Positions 18,747 through 26,105 of a stretch of 64,000 nucleotides of DNA are shown piece by piece. The notes below the pieces were generated by a model. That model was not told the origin of the DNA. It worked only from the letters and a program-made list of their open reading frames with translations, and did not search any database. The number at the start of each line of letters is the position of its first letter. Position 1 is the stretch's first letter. The stretch is from Planctomycetales bacterium (GTDB taxonomy: Bacteria; 4484-113). The position numbers and the translations under genes were made by a program. The stretch lies in assembly GCA_030606285.1 (NCBI GenBank), contig JAUWGS010000004.1, positions 9,713 through 73,712 on the forward strand. The letters are read 5' to 3'.

Positions 18747-21659
18747 CTAGTACAGCACCGGCCAGCCAACTGCGAGGTCAATGGGGCCGGGTTGGTCCAG
18801 GGAGGCTATTAGAGGCTTGCCCTCAAATTCTCGCAAGCACACATCCCAGGTACCCGGATCCCAATCAACAGCGATAAGATGCTTCCACCACTCGGTCTCA
18901 TCAGCGGGAGCATTGTTTATCGCGCGGGCCAGCCAGAACTCGTCAGCAGTGCTATTAACGTAGAGAACCATCGGTTCGCCGCTATACCAGATTACCGAAC
19001 TGCTTCGGCCGACCGTATCCGTGCCGCCATCCTCAAGCGTGTAGGTAACCCAGTCACCTGCTCCGGGGTAGGCGACGGTTGCCCGAGCGAACTTGAGGTC
19101 GTTGTTGGTGTCATCGTAGTAGGTTACCAAGGGGAATCTCTCACCCCCTAAGCCGCCGGCGCTTGAATAAGGGTTCATGGCGGTGTGTCGGCCTACGTAA
19201 TTCACGCCTCCGCCATCGTCTATAACATCCAAGGACCAGCTTGTCGGCGGCCAGGCGTCGGAAAGCGCCCATCGCAGGTTGCCGTTTGTAGCGTCGTGGT
19301 GGCATATACCCACCCGATAATCTCCGCCGAACATTCCGTTCCAAATAGCGGTAATCGAAATGTCCATACCTACGGCAGCGGTGTTATCAATGGTTTCTAA
19401 GGTCCAGTTGCCGGGGACGGTGGGGATTCCAGTCGCGCGCGCGATTTTGAGCGCGGTGTTGGTCTGGTCGTAATAAGCTATCACCGTGTGGCGTGTACTG
19501 GGGAAAAAGCCCTCGGTGAAACTCGTCATTGACGGGTAGTTGCCCACAGTCCCGGTGTTGTCAACCACGTGGATGTCCCAGTGGCTTGAGCTAGACGGAT
19601 GGGTCCTATCAGCCCGAGCAAACTTCAGGTCGCCGTTGGTGAGGTCGTAGTAGGCGATGGCGGGACGACCGCCCACAACGTACAAAGACAGACGGTAGCC
19701 GACATTGACGCCTCCGGGACCGTCCCCGCCGTCGTCAACGGTATGCGTTTCCCAACACTCTGCCGACATGGCGGGAAGAGACGTCGCATAGCTATAGAGA
19801 AGGAGGTCGTCGCTGTTGTCGAAGTGGGCTACCGCCGGCAGTCCCCCAACGATTGCCAGGGATGACGAGTCACCGACCATGTTTGGTGACGCGCACGCGG
19901 CAAAGAGCTCGAACCGGTAGAGGTTGACTTGGCAGGTGGCCTCGGTGATAGCTCCACCTTCGTCCTGAACTCGCACAGCCGAAGTGATGACTCGCGCATT
20001 TCCCGAAACGGCATAGTCGTATGTGGCATCAGGGCCGAAGCCGCCAAAATAGCCGTTGCCGTCAGGATCCCAAGCATATTGTAGCGTGGTTCCTTCCGGG
20101 TCGTAGCTTTCCGAAGCGTCCAGTGTCACGTGCTCATAGTCACCAGACAAGCCCCTGAACACTGTGTCTTCGTCCACGCTGAGGAACGCCACCGGCGGCA
20201 TGTTCGCCGGGTCTGCCAGGACTTGCACGCTCACCGTGTCCACGGCCCAGGCGCCGTCGTTGTCGGTGACGCGGAACTTGGCGTTGTAGAGGCCGGCATC
20301 GGGATAACTGTGCGCCAGCGGGCTGGGATTGGTGGGCGAGGAGTCGTCAAACGTTCCGTCGCCGTCAAAGTCCCACGCATAGTCCGCAATAGTCCCGTCG
20401 TCGTCTTCAGCGACAAGCGTGAACTCAACCGCAAGCGGCGGTGGGCCGCTCGATATGTCAACCGTTGCCAGCACCACCGGGCGGAAATTCCCCGTGATGA
20501 ACAGGCTAATGGCGGAGAGCGAGAAGCCACCCTCGGACGTGTGCGCCCTGATCGCCGGACGGATGACGCCGAGATCGTTCGTGTCAGCCTCCGCCATGCC
20601 AGTCGCGTCATCGGTGAAGTCCCACACGCCGTCGCCGTCAAGGTCCCAGTCGTAGGTCTCAGCGCCGGTGGCGGTAAGCTCGATCACGTCGTTGCGCACG
20701 CCTGACGCGGCGGTCGCGGTAAGCTCCACGGATGGCATATCACCCGCAAGCGGAGTCTCCGTCACAGGATCTGAGAGTTCAGATTCGTTGCCGCTAATAT
20801 CCACCGCTGTAAGCGTCACTTCGACTTCATCCGCGCACGGAATCACAATGGTTGTTCCGCCCTCGATGTAGTCGAGCACTTCCACGCCGTTCGCGTATAT
20901 CCTGTATCCCGCGAGATCGCCCGCTGCGACGTTGTTCCATTCCGCGAACACGCCGCCTGCAATCTGTGTCAATGTCGGCGCGTCGGGAATCGGCGGCGCT
21001 TCGGTGTCGGCTGAATCGCGCACATTGGTGCCCAATGCGACGACGTCAAAGCTCGCCCCGTCGTACGCCACGACCGCAAGCATCAAGCTGCCTATTACCG
21101 ATGTGTATTCCGCATCAGGCACATTGAACCGCACGTGCGTGGCTGCAAACGGCCCGCGCCAGTGCCACGTGTTCACCGAATAATCGCCCACGCCGATGTA
21201 ATATGCGCTGCCGTTGTGCAGATTCACGTCGGCGGTGATCGTCCCCGGCTGCTCAGTTCCCATCGGCAGGCGGTATATGGCGTAGGAAACAAGTTCTTCG
21301 CCGGCCGCGCCGCTGGCAAACGACGAAGCCTCGCCGAAGTCGGTCACGTCACCGGCTTCAAGATACCGCTCGATGCCGGAGGCGAAGATGCTGTCGAAGT
21401 TGAGATTGCTGGAAGCCTTCGGCGGCACTATATGCCCGTTCGCATCCAGCTCCTCCCACGGCTGCAGCTGATCTTCCGGTAGGCCCGAAGGCCAGGTGAT
21501 CTGCTGTTCCATCGCCACAGGCTCGACGGCCTGCTGCGACCCGACGCCTAAAATCGTCGGCACGCGTTTTGATCCCTGCCCGCAGGCAAGCAGCCCCAAA
21601 AGAAGAACCGCCAGCAGTGCTGTTATGGCAATCTTCAGATTAATCCTCATCATGTTCAC
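18747..21659 (-). CDS. 970-aa surface lipoprotein: Fn3-like + 3 PKD-like domains + C-terminal 7-repeat beta-propeller-like region
   Basis: Lipobox LLGLLAC. PKD-type motifs YDWDLDGDGVWDF, YAWDFDGDGTFDD and YAWDPDGNGYF. Seven repeats of the type (I/V)AYYD.TN..LKFARA. Confidence 0.75.
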   Translation of the reverse strand: MNMMRINLKIAITALLAVLLLGLLACGQGSKRVPTILGVGSQQAVEPVAMEQQITWPSGLPEDQLQPWEELDANGHIVPPKASSNLNFDSIFASGIERYLEAGDVTDFGEASSFASGAAGEELVSYAIYRLPMGTEQPGTITADVNLHNGSAYYIGVGDYSVNTWHWRGPFAATHVRFNVPDAEYTSVIGSLMLAVVAYDGASFDVVALGTNVRDSADTEAPPIPDAPTLTQIAGGVFAEWNNVAAGDLAGYRIYANGVEVLDYIEGGTTIVIPCADEVEVTLTAVDISGNESELSDPVTETPLAGDMPSVELTATAASGVRNDVIELTATGAETYDWDLDGDGVWDFTDDATGMAEADTNDLGVIRPAIRAHTSEGGFSLSAISLFITGNFRPVVLATVDISSGPPPLAVEFTLVAEDDDGTIADYAWDFDGDGTFDDSSPTNPSPLAHSYPDAGLYNAKFRVTDNDGAWAVDTVSVQVLADPANMPPVAFLSVDEDTVFRGLSGDYEHVTLDASESYDPEGTTLQYAWDPDGNGYFGGFGPDATYDYAVSGNARVITSAVRVQDEGGAITEATCQVNLYRFELFAACASPNMVGDSSSLAIVGGLPAVAHFDNSDDLLLYSYATSLPAMSAECWETHTVDDGGDGPGGVNVGYRLSLYVVGGRPAIAYYDLTNGDLKFARADRTHPSSSSHWDIHVVDNTGTVGNYPSMTSFTEGFFPSTRHTVIAYYDQTNTALKIARATGIPTVPGNWTLETIDNTAAVGMDISITAIWNGMFGGDYRVGICHHDATNGNLRWALSDAWPPTSWSLDVIDDGGGVNYVGRHTAMNPYSSAGGLGGERFPLVTYYDDTNNDLKFARATVAYPGAGDWVTYTLEDGGTDTVGRSSSVIWYSGEPMVLYVNSTADEFWLARAINNAPADETEWWKHLIAVDWDPGTWDVCLREFEGKPLIASLDQPGPIDLAVGWPVLY

Positions 21660-21735
21660 CTCGTTTCAGTTAATACTATGGTGTTGCTCTTATCGGGGCA
21701 GCTCAAGCCGTACCCCAAACAGTGTTCGCAATCGG

Positions 21736-22797
21736 TTACGGTGGCGGCAGTCCTTCCACACGGAAGTACAGCCGGTTGCTCACCAGATCTTCTTCCGCCG
21801 TCGCGTACACGTCGAAGTCGCCGATCAGGTCGCCCGACGGCGTTACAGTGTAAGGCACCGTGTCGGTCACATCGCCAACGAACGGCGGGTCCAGATGGAG
21901 CACGATGTCTTCCGTAAACGGGTCGCCCTGCTCGTCCTCCACGCCTATCTCGTAGGACGTGTCTGCCAGCACGACGTATGGCAGATCAGGCGTGCCTTCG
22001 CCGCTCTCGGCTGCGGTCACCAGATAGATGACCAGGCCGCCGCCGCCGCCGGGCACAATGTGCACAGGCACGCCTTCAATGCCTTCCACGGAGTCGGCAT
22101 CAAGCGGCACCACTCGGTACCACTCATAGGCCGGAGCCTCGCCCAGATCGTAGGTGAACCGCAGCCCGCCGATAGCCTCTACAGCATCCGTCTCGATGGA
22201 GGCCGTGCCTACTTCAGCGTAGCCGGTCTCCATGTCCGCGGACCCCTCAACCCGGTACTCGGCCACGTCAACGCCATAGTTCACGGCAATGGGCGTGATG
22301 TCAGCGATGTCAACTGCGCCGTTCAGGCTGCCGTCAATGTGCGTGGCTTCGGGATAGGTGATAATGTCCTTGCCGTAGTGCACGGCAATGGGCGTGATGT
22401 CCGCTATCCCCACTTTGCCACTGAGGTCGTAGTCGCCAAGGCTGCGATACAGCCAGGTGAGGAAATAGTGGTCCGCACCTTCTACATCCTCAATGTAGTA
22501 ATTTAGCGGGTCCACACGGTTGTTGTCACCGGTCGGTGGAGTGCTGACAGTGCGGTCGATTCCCCGCGCAAGCAGCGCCTCTTCAAGCGCGTCCTTCAGC
22601 TCCTCAAACAGCGCAGGATCAACGCCATCGGGCGTTTCGAGCGCGTCAAGTTCGGATGAGAATGCGCTCTGGTCGGCGGAAAAGCCGGAAGCAGGTCCTG
22701 TTGTCTTCGCCCCGGAACAGCTGATGAGTGACACCGCGAATGCGGCGGTCACAAACATGATAAACGCACGCAATGCGAAAGCTGAGTTTGTTCTCAC
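21736..22797 (-). CDS. dockerin-like repeat lipoprotein (paralog family member a)
   Basis: GTG at 22797 with GGGAGG five nt upstream, and lipobox SLISC. Shared N-module (LDALETPDGVDPALFEELKDALEEAL, STPPTGDNNRV). Two F-hand repeats: DYDLSGKVGIADITPIAVHYG and DGSLNGAVDIADITPIAVNYG. Confidence 0.75.
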   Translation of the reverse strand: MRTNSAFALRAFIMFVTAAFAVSLISCSGAKTTGPASGFSADQSAFSSELDALETPDGVDPALFEELKDALEEALLARGIDRTVSTPPTGDNNRVDPLNYYIEDVEGADHYFLTWLYRSLGDYDLSGKVGIADITPIAVHYGKDIITYPEATHIDGSLNGAVDIADITPIAVNYGVDVAEYRVEGSADMETGYAEVGTASIETDAVEAIGGLRFTYDLGEAPAYEWYRVVPLDADSVEGIEGVPVHIVPGGGGGLVIYLVTAAESGEGTPDLPYVVLADTSYEIGVEDEQGDPFTEDIVLHLDPPFVGDVTDTVPYTVTPSGDLIGDFDVYATAEEDLVSNRLYFRVEGLPPP

Positions 22798-22851
22798 TTC
22801 ATCCTCCCGAGAATGGCAGGCATTATAGCAGGTTTGCCAGGAGCGGCGGGC

Positions 22852-22879
22852 TTGACATCGACAATAGAGTGCGTATAAT
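22852..22879 (+). promoter_or_regulatory. sigma-70 consensus promoter of the 5S rRNA gene (TTGACA - 16 nt - TATAAT)
   Basis: TTGACA at 22852-22857 and TATAAT at 22874-22879. The 5S 5' end lies about 7 nt downstream. Confidence 0.7.
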
Positions 22880-22885
22880 GCACCG

Positions 22886-23004
22886 TCCTGGTGCCCATAG
22901 CGGAGAGGCCACACCCGTTCCCATCCCGAACACGGCAGTTAAGCTCTCCAGCGCCGATGATACTGCGGAGGGTAACCCCGTGGGAAAGTAGGTCGGTGCC
23001 GGGG
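22886..23004 (+). rRNA. rrf: 5S ribosomal RNA (stand-alone copy)
   Basis: CCUGGUGCCCAUAGCGGAGAGGCCACACCCGUUCCCAUCCCGAACACGGCAGUUAAGCUCUCCAGCGCCGAUGAUACUGCGGAGGGUAACCCCGUGGGAAAGUAGGUCGGUGCCGGG aligns by eye with bacterial 5S (CCGAAC, GCGCCGAUG and AGUAGG blocks; terminal helix CCUGGUGCC/GGUGCCGGG). The ends are accurate to a few nt. Confidence 0.95.
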
Positions 23005-23012
23005 TTTTTTTT
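23005..23012 (+). terminator. T8 run directly after 5S helix I (intrinsic-terminator-like)
   Basis: TTTTTTTT at 23005-23012 follows the GC-rich terminal helix of the 5S RNA. Confidence 0.5.
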
Positions 23013-23111
23013 ATCCTGCAGCAGACCAATCCACGCGAGATTCCCCGCGTTTGGTTTGAGCTATCCCCCCGAAGGGAATAATCCTTTACCAGGAATTCAT
23101 GGAGGGGAGTG

Positions 23112-23465
23112 ATGGCGAACTCAATCTGTCATGTGGAGATTCCTACGACGGATCTCAGTGAATCCAAGCGATTCTATGAGGAGGCTTTCGGCTGGAGCGT
23201 GACAGTCGAGCCGGACGGAAACTACGCAATGTTCAGTCCGGGCGAAGGCGAACTCGGTGGAGGCTTAGACCCGAGCATCCCTGTAGGCGAGGGCGGCGTG
23301 GTGGCTTACATCAAAGTTGAGGACATACCGGCAGCTCTCGCGAGCATCGCCGAGTGCGGCGGCTTGGTCGTCAAGGAGAAGACCCAGATTTCGCCCGAAT
23401 ACGGGTTCTACGCCCTGTTCAAGGACTGCTGCGGCAACAAGCTGGGGCTTTGGTCAAGCACGTAG
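23112..23465 (+). CDS. VOC-family (glyoxalase/bleomycin-resistance fold) protein
   Basis: ICHVEIPTTDLSESKRFYEEAFGW and a C-terminal FKDCCGNKLGLW. GGAGGGGAG RBS present. Confidence 0.75.
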   Translation: MANSICHVEIPTTDLSESKRFYEEAFGWSVTVEPDGNYAMFSPGEGELGGGLDPSIPVGEGGVVAYIKVEDIPAALASIAECGGLVVKEKTQISPEYGFYALFKDCCGNKLGLWSST

Positions 23466-23547
23466 CGCAGGCTGCCACACATCCGGCGATTCCTGCGGTA
23501 TAATCACAGGGAAGGAATCTTCTTCAGGAGAAGGCAGGGAGGGATTA

Positions 23548-26049
23548 ATGGTGGCCCAGTCCAAGAAACTTTTGTTGTGCGCATTGATTCTGGCGAGCGC
23601 AGCGGTCATCTTCTCAAGCTGCGCAGGGGATTCGCGCGGCGCGTACATGCCGTCACTGGAAGGGATGGATGCAGCTCGTGACGGCGGTTTGCAGGAGTGC
23701 CTGTACGGTGACCCAGTTTCGCTTGATAACGCGCTGGTAGAGCTTGGCGCTCTAGAGGCTCCAGATGGTGTCGATCCTGCGCTGTTTGGGGAGCTAAAGG
23801 ATGCGCTGCGAGAGGCGCTTGTGGCTCGCAAAGTCGGTAAGCTCATCTCCAGTCCGCCGGTCGGCAGCGACAACCAGGTTACTGACATTAAGTCCCGCGA
23901 TAATGGCAACGGCACGTACGATCTGACCTGGTACTACCGAAACCTCGGCGACTACGACCAGGACGGAGCCGTGGGCATCAGCGACATAACGCCTTTGGCC
24001 ATGCACTACAATGAACCCGTCGAGCTATGGGACTCGATTCAGGACATCGTTGACGGGAGCCGCAATCTGGTAGTTGATATCAGTGACATCACGCCCATCG
24101 CGATGTACTACGGTGTTGAGATGGCGGAATACGTGGTGGAGCACGCGCCTGCGGCCGGCGGCGCCTGGACCCCGATTGACAGCGTGGGGATTGACGAGGG
24201 ACAGGGAGAAGGCCGCCTGGAGTTTACAGCCACGATTACACCCGAACCCGGCAATCTTTTCTTCCACGTTGTTCCCTGCGACAGCGAGGAGAATCGGGGG
24301 ATTGAGTCGCAGGTGCTTGATCTTTCGAGCGACTCGCCTAACATCCTCGCTGTTGAGCCCCAGACCGGTGAAGTCAGTGAAGTCGTGGAATTCACCGCCA
24401 CTGTCGCAGGTAAAACGCCGTTTGAATACTCGTGGGATTTCGGCGGCGGCGCGACACCCAACACGTCGGAAGAAGCTGCGCCTTCGGTGGAGCTTGGACC
24501 GGCGGGCGACTTCGAGGCTTCACTCACCGTTGCCAATTCTCTCGGCGAAGACGTCTACGACTTCACACTGTCCGTTGAGAGCACTGTGGAATACGACGAA
24601 GAGGAGAACAACGACGGCACCGGTGAAGCCAACGAGCTGCCGGGATTCGACTTCGCGGGATTCATCTGCAATCTGGGTGTAGGTGGCTACGACGGCGATA
24701 GCAGCGACTACTTCGAGTTCACAGTCACCGAAGCAGGGACGGTTGAGCTGACGATGACGCTGGATTCCGCTACGGGCGACCTGGAGATTCAATTGCTGGA
24801 CACCGACGGCACGACGGTTCTCGATTATTCAAACACGGCGGGCGACACGGAGTTCGTCAGCTACGTGTTACCCGTCGCTGGCACCTATTACCTGCATTGC
24901 CTGGCGCACAGCGGGAACTCGGATTACACGATAGACGGCACGTTTGAGATCACTGTGGAATACGATGAGTCCGAGAATAACGACGACGTTGGCGAGGCCA
25001 ATGAACTTCCGGAGTTTGATTTCGCGGATTTTACCGGCAATCTGGGCACCGGCGGCTATGACGGCGACAATAGCGACTACTTCCAGTTCACGGTTGACGA
25101 GGAGGGAGCGGTTGAACTGACGATGACGCTGGATTCCGCTACGGGCGACCTGGAGATTCAGTTGCTGGACACCGACGGCACGACGGTTCTTGATTACTCG
25201 GATACAGCCGGTGACACGGAATTCATCAGCTACGAGCTACCCGGCGCCGGCACCTATTACCTGCACTGCCTGGCGCACAGCGGATACTCCGACTATACGA
25301 TAGACGGCACGTTCGAGGGGCATGGGCCTGCAGTGCCGCACGTGCTTTTCGTATCCCCGCAGGTCGTTGAGCAGAACGTAGAGACCGAGCTTACACCTGT
25401 AACTACCGGCCAGCCGACTTCTTACTTATGGTCCTTCGGTCCGGGAGGGCTTCCACCCATCAGCACGGACGAACAGCCGCTTGTGACGTTCGGCATACCC
25501 GGTGAATGCGATTGCAGCCTGACCGTGACCAATGCACTGGGTGACGACACCTGCAACTTCGTCGTGCTCGTGCCTGAGGCGACTGATACCAACATGATAA
25601 TCCTGATGCCGGCCAGAATACAGGCGGATGTCGGAGATATTGTAGGTGTGACCGTCTATGCGTGGGACATCGCGTTTCCTCTTGCCTATCTGGACGGCTG
25701 CGAGTTCACGTACAGCGCTGAGCTTTTGCCCGTGGGTGATAGCGAGAATCTCGGGGCGCCGGGCGGTGAACAGGACGATAAGGACGGTTTCTGGACTGCC
25801 ATGCCTGACAATGTGCTGTGGGGGGTTATGATGGCGCCGAACATCAGCGCGAATGTGTCGTCAATAGGCTTCCCGCCTACAGGAGTGCCGGCTGGAACTT
25901 CAGGAGCGCTGTTCAACCTGCAGTTCACGGCTGAATATGTGGGTACAGCCAGCCTCCAGTTTGAGCACGAGGATACGCACTATGCCGAACCTGATTTCAC
26001 CCAGCACTTCTTCGATGTGGAGGTTGACTGCGACGTGGATATCATCTGA
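23548..26049 (+). CDS. 833-aa lipoprotein (paralog b): dockerin-like double F-hand, Ig/Fn3-like, PKD, 2 x PPC-type domains, PKD, C-terminal cohesin-like module
   Basis: ATG 23548 with lipobox VIFSSC (the ORF-track start 23317 overlaps the VOC gene). F-hands DYDQDGAVGISDITPLAMHY and DGSRNLVVDISDITPIAMYYG. PKD motif YSWDFGGGATPN. Two 123-aa repeats with NNDG.GEAN...DYF.F. C-terminal IQADVGDIVGVTVYAWDI...CEFTYSAELL...GALFNLQFTAEYVGTASLQF. Confidence 0.75.
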   Translation: MVAQSKKLLLCALILASAAVIFSSCAGDSRGAYMPSLEGMDAARDGGLQECLYGDPVSLDNALVELGALEAPDGVDPALFGELKDALREALVARKVGKLISSPPVGSDNQVTDIKSRDNGNGTYDLTWYYRNLGDYDQDGAVGISDITPLAMHYNEPVELWDSIQDIVDGSRNLVVDISDITPIAMYYGVEMAEYVVEHAPAAGGAWTPIDSVGIDEGQGEGRLEFTATITPEPGNLFFHVVPCDSEENRGIESQVLDLSSDSPNILAVEPQTGEVSEVVEFTATVAGKTPFEYSWDFGGGATPNTSEEAAPSVELGPAGDFEASLTVANSLGEDVYDFTLSVESTVEYDEEENNDGTGEANELPGFDFAGFICNLGVGGYDGDSSDYFEFTVTEAGTVELTMTLDSATGDLEIQLLDTDGTTVLDYSNTAGDTEFVSYVLPVAGTYYLHCLAHSGNSDYTIDGTFEITVEYDESENNDDVGEANELPEFDFADFTGNLGTGGYDGDNSDYFQFTVDEEGAVELTMTLDSATGDLEIQLLDTDGTTVLDYSDTAGDTEFISYELPGAGTYYLHCLAHSGYSDYTIDGTFEGHGPAVPHVLFVSPQVVEQNVETELTPVTTGQPTSYLWSFGPGGLPPISTDEQPLVTFGIPGECDCSLTVTNALGDDTCNFVVLVPEATDTNMIILMPARIQADVGDIVGVTVYAWDIAFPLAYLDGCEFTYSAELLPVGDSENLGAPGGEQDDKDGFWTAMPDNVLWGVMMAPNISANVSSIGFPPTGVPAGTSGALFNLQFTAEYVGTASLQFEHEDTHYAEPDFTQHFFDVEVDCDVDII
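24583..25320 (+). repeat. tandem 2 x 369-bp intragenic duplication (two PPC-like domains)
   Basis: Both units start ACTGTGGAATACGA (24583 and 24952). The central ~80 bp (GACGATGACGCTGGATTCCGCTACGGGCGACCTGGAGATTCA.TTGCTGGACACCGACGGCACGACGGTTCT) is nearly identical. Confidence 0.9.
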
Positions 26050-26105
26050 CGCGGGCGGCAAATTGCCCGGAGCAGCTTTGACGGAGGCCGTGTTATCATT
26101 GGCTT

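Noticed and set aside
22773-23112. ORFs 22773-22991, 22823-23029 and 22891-23112.
   Set aside because: They overlap the 5S rRNA gene and its promoter, and the RNA gene explains the sequence.
23317-23547. N-terminal extensions given by the ORF track (23317, 39369, 49989, 15816, 14594, 1952, and 9444 on the minus strand).
   Set aside because: The extensions overlap upstream genes or promoter boxes and translate to low-complexity sequence. Internal starts with an RBS or -10 box give canonical N-termini such as signal peptides or conserved first motifs.
18747-26049. Interpreting the dockerin/cohesin-like genes as a cellulosome.
   Set aside because: No glycoside hydrolase, carbohydrate esterase or CBM motifs were seen in any of the proteins. 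The appended domains are PKD, PPC and propellers, so only a generic cohesin-dockerin-type assembly is proposed.
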